Notes: generated by a model not told the origin, from the sequence alone. DNA of 25,810 bases from an uncultured virus (IMG/VR IMGVR_UViG_2775507210_000003) (IMGVR_UViG_2775507210_000003), one strand, 5' to 3'. Positions 1 to 7,979 are shown, counted from the first letter of the stretch. A program made the numbers and translations.

Positions 1-2
1 AT

Positions 3-305
3 GACCTGCGCAAGGTCTCCCGCACCACCTGGACCGACCTCGGTATCGACGGTCATATCGGCGAGATGCTGCTCAACCACTCGCTAGGCAAGATTGCCAG
101 CACTTACATCCACACCCAGGCTATGCAGCAGCGCAGAGCGGCTCTGGAAAAGTGGCACGCGTGGCTTGACGGTATCGGCTTCAGCGCCATTCACGGCCTT
201 AAAGAGGCCTTATCCGAGATTTCACGGAATCGCATGCAGCCCGCTAATGGCGCAGCTTCAAGCAACCTTACCGAATTTGTTATTAGCGAGGATTCAAAGG
301 CATGA
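3..305 (+). CDS. Tyrosine recombinase/integrase family protein, C-terminal part (5' truncated by the window)
   Basis: The frame from nt 3 reads DLRKVSRTTWTDLGIDGHIGEMLLNHSLGKIASTYIH...RRAALEKW, matching the HxLR ... LxH ... Y catalytic boxes and the typical C-terminal helix. Confidence 0.88.
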   Translation, partial: DLRKVSRTTWTDLGIDGHIGEMLLNHSLGKIASTYIHTQAMQQRRAALEKWHAWLDGIGFSAIHGLKEALSEISRNRMQPANGAASSNLTEFVISEDSKA

Positions 306-619
306 AAAAGAGCCATGGCCCCGCCTTCCGCAAGCAGGTGATCGAACTGGCCCAGTGCCCAGCATGCCGGGGGGTGGCGGTCATCGAAGGGGTGTTTCAC
401 GAGATGGCCTGCGTGCAGTGCAACGCCTCTGGCTGGGTAGTGGCAGCGACTGGTGAGGCGCTACCGGTGGATGAGCTGGTCACCCAGTTGAGCCTTCGTT
501 TGCAGGCTGCTCAGCGGCAGATCGAACAGTTGAATAAGCCAGTGCTCATGGGGCCGGCTGCGCAGTACCAACAGAACAACCGTCGCGGTGCCGGCGGAAC
601 GAATTACACCGGGGATTGA
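302..619 (+). CDS. Phage Zn-finger protein (CxxCxG...CxxC) with C-terminal coiled coil
   Basis: CPACRG and CVQCNASG motifs; ATGA overlap with the upstream gene; AAGG ribosome-binding site. Confidence 0.75.
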   Translation: MKKSHGPAFRKQVIELAQCPACRGVAVIEGVFHEMACVQCNASGWVVAATGEALPVDELVTQLSLRLQAAQRQIEQLNKPVLMGPAAQYQQNNRRGAGGTNYTGD

Positions 620-629
620 GGGGAAGGAC

Positions 630-1316
630 ATGATCTATAGCAGCGTATCGGGGGCGGTAGTCGCGGCATTGGCAGCAGGCGAGAAGGGCGCTGCAAAAGG
701 GCAGGCATGGCAGAAGCTGTATAAGGCCGCCGAAGAGGAGGCCGGCTGCCTGGCCTCGTTGAGCAGTCCTTCACATGGTCTGGATCGTACCCAGGTGGAT
801 TACTGGCTTTCGGCGCGCCTGCATCACCTGCTGATCCCGCGACACTGGGATGCCCTGGTGGCGAAGTACAGCACCAGTAAGGTGAAGAAGGTTCAGGCGA
901 TCACGGCGGTGAGGCCTCTTATTGCCAGCCCGGCACCACAGCTATTCATCTACAAGGCGGTGACGGCCTGGGCGATCCCGAAGTTGAAGGGCGCTCGTCG
1001 AAAGGCCCCGCGCTCGGTGTCAATTGAGGTCCCGCTGGACGCTTCACCATGGCGCCGGGAGGCGACGGTAAATGCTGCAGTCGCTGCAGGTCAGGCAGAG
1101 AGGCGCCGGATCGAGGCGCTGGAAGAGGATGTGATCATTCTGGCGGACAGCTTCTACGACATGAACACCTGGGACCTGGACGCTACATCCGAGCCAACAC
1201 GGCGCCGCTGGAGAGCGCAAATCAACGAGAAGCTCGACGGCATGGTAGATGACGCCCTGGCTGAGGTGCGGGTGATTCTGGAGGCCGAAGGCCTGCTGAT
1301 GAAAGACGCCGCATGA
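630..1316 (+). CDS. Probable late-gene antiterminator (Q-position, AlpA-like)
   Basis: GAGGGGAAGG site before ATG 630; sits just before a TTGACA promoter and terminator; C-terminal SEPTRRRW...ALAEVRVILEAEGLL helix pattern. Function is inferred. Confidence 0.6.
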   Translation: MIYSSVSGAVVAALAAGEKGAAKGQAWQKLYKAAEEEAGCLASLSSPSHGLDRTQVDYWLSARLHHLLIPRHWDALVAKYSTSKVKKVQAITAVRPLIASPAPQLFIYKAVTAWAIPKLKGARRKAPRSVSIEVPLDASPWRREATVNAAVAAGQAERRRIEALEEDVIILADSFYDMNTWDLDATSEPTRRRWRAQINEKLDGMVDDALAEVRVILEAEGLLMKDAA

Positions 1317-1323
1317 TTGCTTG

Positions 1324-1354
1324 TTGACATCAGTGAGCAACTGAGCGAAATTAT
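1324..1354 (+). promoter_or_regulatory. Putative late promoter (pR'-like) with antiterminator-binding repeats in the spacer
   Basis: Perfect TTGACA at 1324-1329; weak AT-rich -10 (GAAATTAT, 1347-1354); TGAGC direct repeats at 1334 and 1342. Confidence 0.6.
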
Positions 1355-1394
1355 CCCCATCCTGTCATTCCTGCGCGTGTTGAGGAGTGGCTCT

Positions 1395-1424
1395 AAAAAA
1401 CCCGGCCATCGTGTCGGGTTTTTT
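1395..1424 (+). terminator. Intrinsic terminator (tR'-like, potentially bidirectional)
   Basis: AAAAAACCCGGC-catcgt-GTCGGGTTTTTT. Confidence 0.85.
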
Positions 1425-1702
1425 GTTACTAAGGTGGTCTCCCATCTGTCGAAAATTTTCGTTTTTCGACATCCGCGCCACGAAATCATTAATTTGCAAA
1501 TTGTGGCGCGAACATCGCGGATTAGAGACAACTTTGAGGGCATAGTGACACTATGTCACCGAAATATCGGCCGAACAGCGCTAATTTCCCTCGAAATTGG
1601 ATAGAACTCCCCCTAGATTTGCTAGTCGAAACGTTGCATAACGTAGATACGTGACGCAGAATGCGCCCCGTTTTTGCAACCGACTGCCTCAAGGAGAGGG
1701 AC

Positions 1703-1873
1703 ATGACTCTGGATTTCAGAACGTTACGCTTGGTTTTTTCGGGCGCGATCGTTGGCGTAGCGATCGCCGGTCTGCTTGGCTTCGACACTTCGTCCTTTGG
1801 GGCGGCTGGTGTGGCCTCCCTCATTGGTGCAGGCGGCACCGTTGCCGCGCTGAAATTTGTGGCCATCATCTGA
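1703..1873 (+). CDS. Small hydrophobic glycine-rich membrane protein (56 aa), moron gene 1
   Basis: Strong AAGGAGAGG site before ATG 1703; two hydrophobic segments with GxxxG-like motifs. Confidence 0.7.
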   Translation: MTLDFRTLRLVFSGAIVGVAIAGLLGFDTSSFGAAGVASLIGAGGTVAALKFVAII

Positions 1874-1874
1874 A

Positions 1875-2186
1875 ATGCCTCTCGACTTGGGCCTAGATGC
1901 CTGGACTGTTGTAGTAGGCTTCATTGCGGTGGTCCTGCGATATTTGATGCAGGGATTCAGCGTTAAGAAGGATGAGTGCGTGGTCGCTTTTCTGAATGGC
2001 GCTACGATTGTTCCCTTTGCAGTCTTGGTTTCATCGGCCTTCAGCCCTGACTTCCTTGAGCTGGCGATGACCACCAAAGGCTCCATGGCACTGGCGGGTG
2101 GTGTCGGGATATTTTCAGTGGCAGGCGACGTGCTCGCTCCCAAGGATCTGCGCCGTCGCTCTCGTACACAGGTAAACGAGGCCTAG
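1875..2186 (+). CDS. Hypothetical membrane protein (103 aa, about 3 transmembrane segments, basic C-tail), moron gene 2
   Basis: ATG one base after the upstream stop (TGA-A-ATG); three hydrophobic stretches; RRRSR tail. Confidence 0.65.
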   Translation: MPLDLGLDAWTVVVGFIAVVLRYLMQGFSVKKDECVVAFLNGATIVPFAVLVSSAFSPDFLELAMTTKGSMALAGGVGIFSVAGDVLAPKDLRRRSRTQVNEA

Positions 2187-2229
2187 CAATACCATTTACC
2201 CTCGGCATTTGGCCGAATAATAATTTTTG

Positions 2230-2256
2230 AGCCCTGGCATTTGCCGGGGCTTTTTC
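2230..2256 (+). terminator. Intrinsic terminator closing the moron
   Basis: AGCCCTGGC-attt-GCCGGGGCT followed by a T run. Confidence 0.8.
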
Positions 2257-2261
2257 GTTTA

Positions 2262-2412
2262 TGCAGATGACGTGCGCAGGCAGCTGCGCTAAGTCGGTAG
2301 TGGCGTCGATCAAAGCCGTGCGCTCCCTGATCGGCTACGCGATGAGAGGCTGGGGTACGTGACCCAGCGATCCAGCCCATCAAGCCGGGTAAGCACCGGC
2401 CCTCTGCACCCA
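2262..2412 (+). ncRNA. Putative tRNA-like structured RNA (about 150 nt)
   Basis: 5' TGCAGA pairs with TCTGCA (2403-2408) followed by CCCA; a 5-bp stem with 7-nt loop (GCCGG-gtaagca-CCGGC) stacks directly on it; three more internal hairpins. There is no TTCGA loop, so it is not a canonical tRNA. Confidence 0.45.
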
Positions 2413-2473
2413 TACGAGCCTTGGCACCTGCCGGGCCTTTTAACTTGCGCTCCCTGCTACGGGAGGATCTGAG

Positions 2474-2809
2474 ATGCCAAACATGCCCGACAAACCAGAC
2501 ACCTGGCTGCTTGTGCTCGCCTGGCTGAGCCAGCACGCCCCAACCATCTATGCTGGTGCTCTGTCGTTTGTCGTCGGCGCACTGCGGATCATTTACGGTG
2601 GTGGCACGCGGCGGCAGGCACTGCTCGAGGCCTCGCTATGTACCCTGATCACCATCGGCCTTATCCCGCTGCTCGAGTACTTCGGTCTGCCCCAGAACTT
2701 CGCAACGGCTGCCGGTGTGTTCATTGGCTTTCTGGGAGTGAAGAAGATTGCTGATTTGGCTGACCGGTTTGCCGAGTTCAAGCTGCCGCGTCGGGGAGCT
2801 GATCAATGA
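2474..2809 (+). CDS. Holin, lambda S family
   Basis: MPDKPDTW start typical of Pseudomonas lambda-family holins; three hydrophobic segments; IGFLGV motif; basic C-terminus; GGAGG site. Confidence 0.9.
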   Translation: MPNMPDKPDTWLLVLAWLSQHAPTIYAGALSFVVGALRIIYGGGTRRQALLEASLCTLITIGLIPLLEYFGLPQNFATAAGVFIGFLGVKKIADLADRFAEFKLPRRGADQ

Positions 2810-3132
2810 CGCTGCCTTCGCCAGGCGTTGAAAAACAGCCAAAGCCCTATAGCTACCGCTGGCAACAGGCCCGATTGGGTTGGCTGCATAAGAATCCTTT
2901 GTGCGTTAGATGTGAGAAGACAGGGCTCGTCGTGTCGGCCACCGTCGTCGACCACATCAAACCACACCGCGGTGACATGACCCTGTTCTGGGATCGGACC
3001 AATTGGCAATCGCTGTGCACCAACTGTCATAGCTCCTACAAGCAACGCCTTGAGAAGTCAGGACGCGAGGTTGGGTGTGACGTCAGCGGAAGGCCGCTGG
3101 ACCCACGGCACCACTGGAATCGGCCCTCCTGA
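2806..3132 (+). CDS. HNH endonuclease, terminase-associated (HK97 gp74-like)
   Basis: PLCVRC...VVDHIKPHRGD...NWQSLCTNCHS; located before the cos/terS region. Confidence 0.93.
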   Translation: MTLPSPGVEKQPKPYSYRWQQARLGWLHKNPLCVRCEKTGLVVSATVVDHIKPHRGDMTLFWDRTNWQSLCTNCHSSYKQRLEKSGREVGCDVSGRPLDPRHHWNRPS

Positions 3133-3164
3133 AAGCCTCTGGGCGCTGCGGGGCCCCATGATCC

Positions 3165-3260
3165 AGGGTAGGGGGGGTGAAAATGTTTTTCTTGAAAACT
3201 TTCCTGACCGTTCGCCCCCCTTCGTGCGCAAAGCCGCGAAATGAAATGATTTTTTTTGGG
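3165..3260. other. Probable cos packaging region
   Basis: Non-coding gap between HNH and terS; imperfect inverted repeat GGGGGGTGAA (3172-3181) / TTCGCCCCCC (3211-3220); CGCGAAATGAAA tract. The exact cut site cannot be determined. Confidence 0.55.
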
Positions 3261-3268
3261 ATCAAAAA

Positions 3269-3736
3269 ATGGCTGGGAGACGACCGACCCCGACAGAGCT
3301 GAAGCTGGTCAGGGGGAATCCCGGCAAGCGCCCGATCAACAAGAAAGAGCCACTGCCAGCCAAGCGCATTCCCAGCACTCCGGCGCATCTCACTGATGAA
3401 GGTCAAGTGGCCTGGGGGCGACTCACTGTCCTGCTCGATCGCATGGGCGTGCTAACTGAGGCAGACGGCTTTGCGCTTGAGCGACTCTGTGATTGTTACT
3501 CCGAGATTCTCGCTTTACGCGAACTTGTTGACGCCAATGGGCGAACCTACGAGACCACCAGCACCCAAGGTGAGCTGGTGATTAAAGCGAACCCTGCTGT
3601 TGCCATGCTCGCTGACGCCGACCGACGCTTTAAAAGTTACCTGGTCGAATTCGGCCTCACCCCAGCCGCCCGATCTAAAGTCCAGATAAAAGCCGATGAC
3701 GACCAAGAAGACCAGTTCGCGGAGTTCTTCGGTTGA
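3269..3736 (+). CDS. terS: Terminase small subunit, P27 family
   Basis: GRRPTPTELKLVRGNPGKR N-terminus; KANPAV and EFGLTPAARSK motifs. Confidence 0.95.
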   Translation: MAGRRPTPTELKLVRGNPGKRPINKKEPLPAKRIPSTPAHLTDEGQVAWGRLTVLLDRMGVLTEADGFALERLCDCYSEILALRELVDANGRTYETTSTQGELVIKANPAVAMLADADRRFKSYLVEFGLTPAARSKVQIKADDDQEDQFAEFFG

Positions 3737-5504
3737 GGATCCTGCTACCCAGTATGCGCGTGAAGTGCATTCCGGTGAGCGAGTCGCCGGGCCGGACATA
3801 CGAAACGCATGCGCCCGTCATCTGAAGGACTTAAAGGAAGGGCATAAGCGCGGGTTGGTTTGGGATCTGGAGGAGGCCAACAAGGCCATTCGGTTTTACC
3901 GCACGGTCCTGAAACTGAACGGCGGTGAGTTCGAAGGTCTGCCATTTGAGCTGTTGCCTTGGCAGAAATTTATCGTCGGCAGCATTTTTGGTTGGAAGAC
4001 CAATGATGGTTACCGGCGCTTTCGCGTGGTTTACGTCGAGAGTGGGAAGGGCTCAGGAAAGTCACCGTTAGCCGCCGGAGTGGGGCTGAAAGGCTTGGTC
4101 GCAGACAATGAGGCACGGGCCGAAATCTACGCGGCGGCGACGAAAAAAGACCAGGCGATGATCCTGTTTCGAGACGCCGTTTCGATGGTGCAGCAGTCGC
4201 CGGAGCTGACGAAGCGCCTGGCCTGCAGTGGCACCGGTCAGAACATCTGGAACCTGGCTTACCTCAAGGCTGGATCGTTTTTCCGCCCGATCAGCTCCGA
4301 CGACGGTCAGTCAGGTCCCAGGCCGCACATGGCGTTGATTGACGAGGTGCATGAGCACAAGACCAACCTTGTCGTGGAGATGATGCGAGCCGGCACCAAG
4401 AGTCGTAAACAGGCACTGATTTTCATGATCACCAACAGCGGCTCAAACAAGCGCGGACCGTGCTGGGAGTATCACGAGTACGGGTCCAGGGTTGCTTCCG
4501 GCGCGCTGATCGACGACGGTTTTTTCGCCTACATCTGCTCGCTGGATGAGGGTGATGATCCGATCAAGGATGAAAGCTGCTGGTTCAAGTCGAACCCGTC
4601 ACTGCAGGACGCCGATCTACCAGGCATGAAGTACTTGCGTGAACAGGTGACGGAGGCGCGAGGGATGCCGAGTAAAGAGGCGATGGTTAGGCGGCTGAAC
4701 TTCTGCGAGTGGACGGGCGCCGAATCGCCCTGGATCTCATGGGATGTTTGGAGCCAGGCCGAAGAGCGCGTACCTATGTCGGTCCTGCGAAATCGCCCGT
4801 GTGTAGGTGGACTGGACCTGTCCAGCACCACTGACCTTACATCCTTTGTGTTGCTGTTCTATCCGACCTATGAGGATCCGCACTGGCGGCTGCTTCCGTA
4901 TTTCTGGATTCCCGATTTCGAGCTGGATAAACGTGAAGCGAGGGACAAGGTGCCTTATGCGGCCTGGATCAAGTCGCGGGATCTTGAAACAACGCCGGGT
5001 CGAGCCATCAGCAAGCTGCATGTACTTCGCAGGATGCAGACCATTTGTGACTTCTTCCAGGTGGACAAGATTGCTTTTGACCGGTGGCGTATTGAAGACA
5101 TGCGTCAATTGATGACTGAGTACGATATCGCGCTGCCGCCGCTGGTTGAATTTGGGCAGGGCTTCAAGGATATGGGGCCAGCGGTAGACGAATTTGAGCG
5201 CCGCTTGCTTGGGATGGCCGAACTCAGGCCTGAAGGTGGCGATTCATCAGATGAACTCTTTGATGATGCACCCCCAGTCGAAACGGTGGAGTCCTTGCGT
5301 CATGACGGTAACCCAGTCATGACCTGGTGTGCGGGTAACGCGGTGATCGTTTCTGACCCGGCAAACAACCGCAAAGCAGATAAGGCCAAGGCTACCGGGC
5401 GAATCGACGGGATTATCGCGGCCATTATGGCGACTGGTATCAGCGGGGCAGTCTCAAGCGGTAGCAGTGGCACATCCATCTATGACGAAGGAGTCGGGGT
5501 TTGA
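3696..5504 (+). CDS. terL: Terminase large subunit (HK97/cos type)
   Basis: LLPWQ adenine-binding motif, Walker A GKGSGKS, Walker B ALIDEVHEH, ITNSG coupling motif, nuclease GGLDLSSTTD and RIDG. Confidence 0.97.
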   Translation: MTTKKTSSRSSSVEDPATQYAREVHSGERVAGPDIRNACARHLKDLKEGHKRGLVWDLEEANKAIRFYRTVLKLNGGEFEGLPFELLPWQKFIVGSIFGWKTNDGYRRFRVVYVESGKGSGKSPLAAGVGLKGLVADNEARAEIYAAATKKDQAMILFRDAVSMVQQSPELTKRLACSGTGQNIWNLAYLKAGSFFRPISSDDGQSGPRPHMALIDEVHEHKTNLVVEMMRAGTKSRKQALIFMITNSGSNKRGPCWEYHEYGSRVASGALIDDGFFAYICSLDEGDDPIKDESCWFKSNPSLQDADLPGMKYLREQVTEARGMPSKEAMVRRLNFCEWTGAESPWISWDVWSQAEERVPMSVLRNRPCVGGLDLSSTTDLTSFVLLFYPTYEDPHWRLLPYFWIPDFELDKREARDKVPYAAWIKSRDLETTPGRAISKLHVLRRMQTICDFFQVDKIAFDRWRIEDMRQLMTEYDIALPPLVEFGQGFKDMGPAVDEFERRLLGMAELRPEGGDSSDELFDDAPPVETVESLRHDGNPVMTWCAGNAVIVSDPANNRKADKAKATGRIDGIIAAIMATGISGAVSSGSSGTSIYDEGVGV

Positions 5505-5689
5505 ACATCATCGCAATTGCAGCGTGGCTGGCTGGTCTGTTCGGCTTCGGCCTGCTGGTCGGCGGGGTCGCTCTGATTCATGTGCCCACTGCTTTTATCA
5601 TTGCGGGGCTTGGCCTGATTGGCTGGGCATGGCTGGCTGACAAGGCTGCCGCCCGTGCTCAATTCAAACGCAATCCCGAAGGGGGCTGA
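5501..5689 (+). CDS. Small membrane protein between terminase and portal
   Basis: 62 aa with two hydrophobic segments; TTG start overlapping the terL stop; GAAGGAG site; usual position in such phages. Confidence 0.7.
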   Translation: MNIIAIAAWLAGLFGFGLLVGGVALIHVPTAFIIAGLGLIGWAWLADKAAARAQFKRNPEGG

Positions 5690-5691
5690 GC

Positions 5692-6963
5692 ATGTTCTTC
5701 AGCAATCTGCTTGGCGCCAATGAGGGTGCAGTTTCCGAGGGGAGTAGCGGCTTCTGGCGCGGCCTGATTGGCTCTGGTCGGTCGGCCGCAGGGGTGACTG
5801 TCACGCCGGACACCGCTTTGGCAATCACGGTTCTCCAGAATTGCGTCACGCTGTTGGCAGAGAGCATTGGCCAGTTGCCGCTTGAGATGTACCGCCGGCT
5901 CGGGGATGGCAAGCGTGAGGTCGCTTCAGGTCATCCGCTTTACGATGTGCTGCGCTACCAACCCAACCCGTGGCAGACACCCTATGAGTACCGCGAAGCC
6001 GGGCAACTGGCATTGGGGTTGAGAGGCAATTGCTACAGCTACATTGAGCGGGGTGATGACGGCGCAGTGAAAGCGCTTTATCCACTTCACAACGATAAGG
6101 TGCTGGTCCTCAAGGGCGGAGATCTCCGGCCGGTGTATCGCATTGGCGGACATGAGCCGTTGCCTATGCGCTTGATACACCATGTGCGTTGGCACACGAA
6201 AAACCATTACACGGGCCTGTCGCCCATTGAGTTGCATGCAGATGCGGTCGGCTTGGCCCAGGCGGTTAGGCAGTACGCGGGCAAATCATTCGCCAACGGT
6301 ACCGCCGTCAGCGGTGTAATTGAGCGACCGCGGGAGGCGCCGCCAATTAAGGAACAGGTCAGCATCGACCGTATCCTCGATCAGTGGGGGACCAAGTTCT
6401 CAGGCATCGACAACGCCAAGAAGGTCGCGATGCTGCAGGAGGGTATGACCTTCAAGCCGGTATCGATGAATAACGTTGATGCCGAACTACTGGGCATCCT
6501 CAAGGCTACCGGCCTCGATCTGGCGCGGATCTACAAGATCCCCCCTCACATGGTTAACGACCTGGAAAAGGCCAGCTACAACAGCCTTGAGCAACTGCTG
6601 ATTCAGTACGTGATCTTTGCCTTGATGCCATGGGTCAAGCGGCATGAGCAGGCGATGATGCGCGACTTTTTACTGCCGGCCGAACGGCGGGAGTACTTCA
6701 TTGAGTTCAACCTTTCCGGCTTGCTGCGAGGCGACCAGAAGAGCCGCTACGACGCATATGCGATCGGTCGCCAATGGGGATGGCTGTCGATCAATGACAT
6801 TCGCCGCCTGGAAAACATGCCGCCGGTGGCCAACGGTGATAGCTACCTGCAGCCGCTGAACATGACTGATGTGGCGCATGGCCTACCCAACATGAACAAC
6901 CCCGACGTCCGCGCTCAGCTCGAGCAGCAGCGCGACGACATCTTGAGGATGCTTGCCGCATGA
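5692..6963 (+). CDS. Portal protein, HK97 family
   Basis: HPLYDVLRYQPNPWQT, GLSPI, ARIYKIPPHMV, LLRGD, INDIRRLENMPP motifs. Confidence 0.97.
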   Translation: MFFSNLLGANEGAVSEGSSGFWRGLIGSGRSAAGVTVTPDTALAITVLQNCVTLLAESIGQLPLEMYRRLGDGKREVASGHPLYDVLRYQPNPWQTPYEYREAGQLALGLRGNCYSYIERGDDGAVKALYPLHNDKVLVLKGGDLRPVYRIGGHEPLPMRLIHHVRWHTKNHYTGLSPIELHADAVGLAQAVRQYAGKSFANGTAVSGVIERPREAPPIKEQVSIDRILDQWGTKFSGIDNAKKVAMLQEGMTFKPVSMNNVDAELLGILKATGLDLARIYKIPPHMVNDLEKASYNSLEQLLIQYVIFALMPWVKRHEQAMMRDFLLPAERREYFIEFNLSGLLRGDQKSRYDAYAIGRQWGWLSINDIRRLENMPPVANGDSYLQPLNMTDVAHGLPNMNNPDVRAQLEQQRDDILRMLAA

Positions 6964-7934
6964 AACGACATCTGCGCGCCGCCAGTCTGCTGTTCAATCA
7001 GCCGCTGTTGACCACCCCCGATATGCTGGATATGGCTGTGCGCTGGGCCAACCAGACGATGAGCCTGAATATCGTCAATTTGAACATGGGAGGAGCGGCA
7101 GCCGATCCCAAGCTGTTTTATGACGATGAGGATTACCAGGCGCAGCAGGATCGCCGCGAAGAGCAGCGCCGTGCTGCGATCGCCCAAACGGGTGTTGAGG
7201 TGATTCCGGTGCACGGGGTGCTAGTGAGTCGCGGCAGCCATCTGAATGCTTGCGAAACGATGACCAGCTACGAGGGGTTACGTGCAGCGCTGAATCAAGC
7301 GGTGGCCGACCCCATGGTCGAACACATTGTGCTCGACATTGACAGCCCAGGCGGCAGCGCAGTCGGAGCCTTTGAGCTGGCAGCGGATATTCGCACAGCA
7401 ACCAAGATCAAGCCCATCACCGGCTTGGTCAACTTCATGGCGTACTCTGGTGGCTACCTGATTGCAGCCGCATGTACAGACGTAGTGGTCAGTCTGACCT
7501 CTGGCGTGGGGTCCATTGGCGTGATTGCCAGCCACATGGACCGGTCCAAGATGATCGAGGGTATGGGCGTCAAGGTCACCACGGTGTTTGCAGGGGCGCA
7601 CAAGAATGACCTGAGCCCAAACGAGCCGATCACTGATCAGTCACTTCAGGTGCTCAATGAGATTGTCCAGGAGAGCTACCAGCTCTTCACGACCCATGTT
7701 GCCGAGTACCGTGGTCGCGACGTGACCGACATCATTGCCACTGAGGCCGGATGTTATCGCGGCGCGACTGCCATTGCTGTTGGCCTCGCAGATCGCCTGG
7801 AGTCACCGCAGCTCGCGGTAGATAACTTGTCTCAAGCCGTCGCCATCAGTCGCGCGCAACGACAGGGCGGCGCTCAAGCACGACAGCGAATCAGTGTGCA
7901 GGCCTCAGCCTTCGCCATTCAGTCTCAACTCTGA
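6960..7934 (+). CDS. Prohead protease, S49 (SppA/ClpP-like) family
   Basis: LDIDSPGG, AYSGGYLIAAA, GVGSIGV and AGAHK motifs. Confidence 0.93.
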   Translation: MKRHLRAASLLFNQPLLTTPDMLDMAVRWANQTMSLNIVNLNMGGAAADPKLFYDDEDYQAQQDRREEQRRAAIAQTGVEVIPVHGVLVSRGSHLNACETMTSYEGLRAALNQAVADPMVEHIVLDIDSPGGSAVGAFELAADIRTATKIKPITGLVNFMAYSGGYLIAAACTDVVVSLTSGVGSIGVIASHMDRSKMIEGMGVKVTTVFAGAHKNDLSPNEPITDQSLQVLNEIVQESYQLFTTHVAEYRGRDVTDIIATEAGCYRGATAIAVGLADRLESPQLAVDNLSQAVAISRAQRQGGAQARQRISVQASAFAIQSQL

Positions 7935-7956
7935 CCGCGTTCGCGGCAGTGATCTC

Positions 7957-7979
7957 AACCGCCTATTGGCGGTTTTTTT
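7957..7979 (+). terminator. Intrinsic terminator upstream of the capsid gene
   Basis: AACCGCC-tatt-GGCGGTT followed by TTTTT. Confidence 0.8.

Noticed and set aside
1317..1604. 95-aa ORF after the antiterminator
   Set aside because: Runs through the promoter and a strong terminator; TTG start without a ribosome-binding site.
2262..2412. Canonical tRNA or tmRNA gene
   Set aside because: No TTCGA T-loop or recognisable D-loop/anticodon geometry; too long for tRNA and too short for tmRNA. Kept only as tRNA-like.
2183..2536. 117-aa minus-strand ORF across the pre-holin region
   Set aside because: No motif or ribosome-binding site; overlaps the holin start; the region is better explained by RNA structure.
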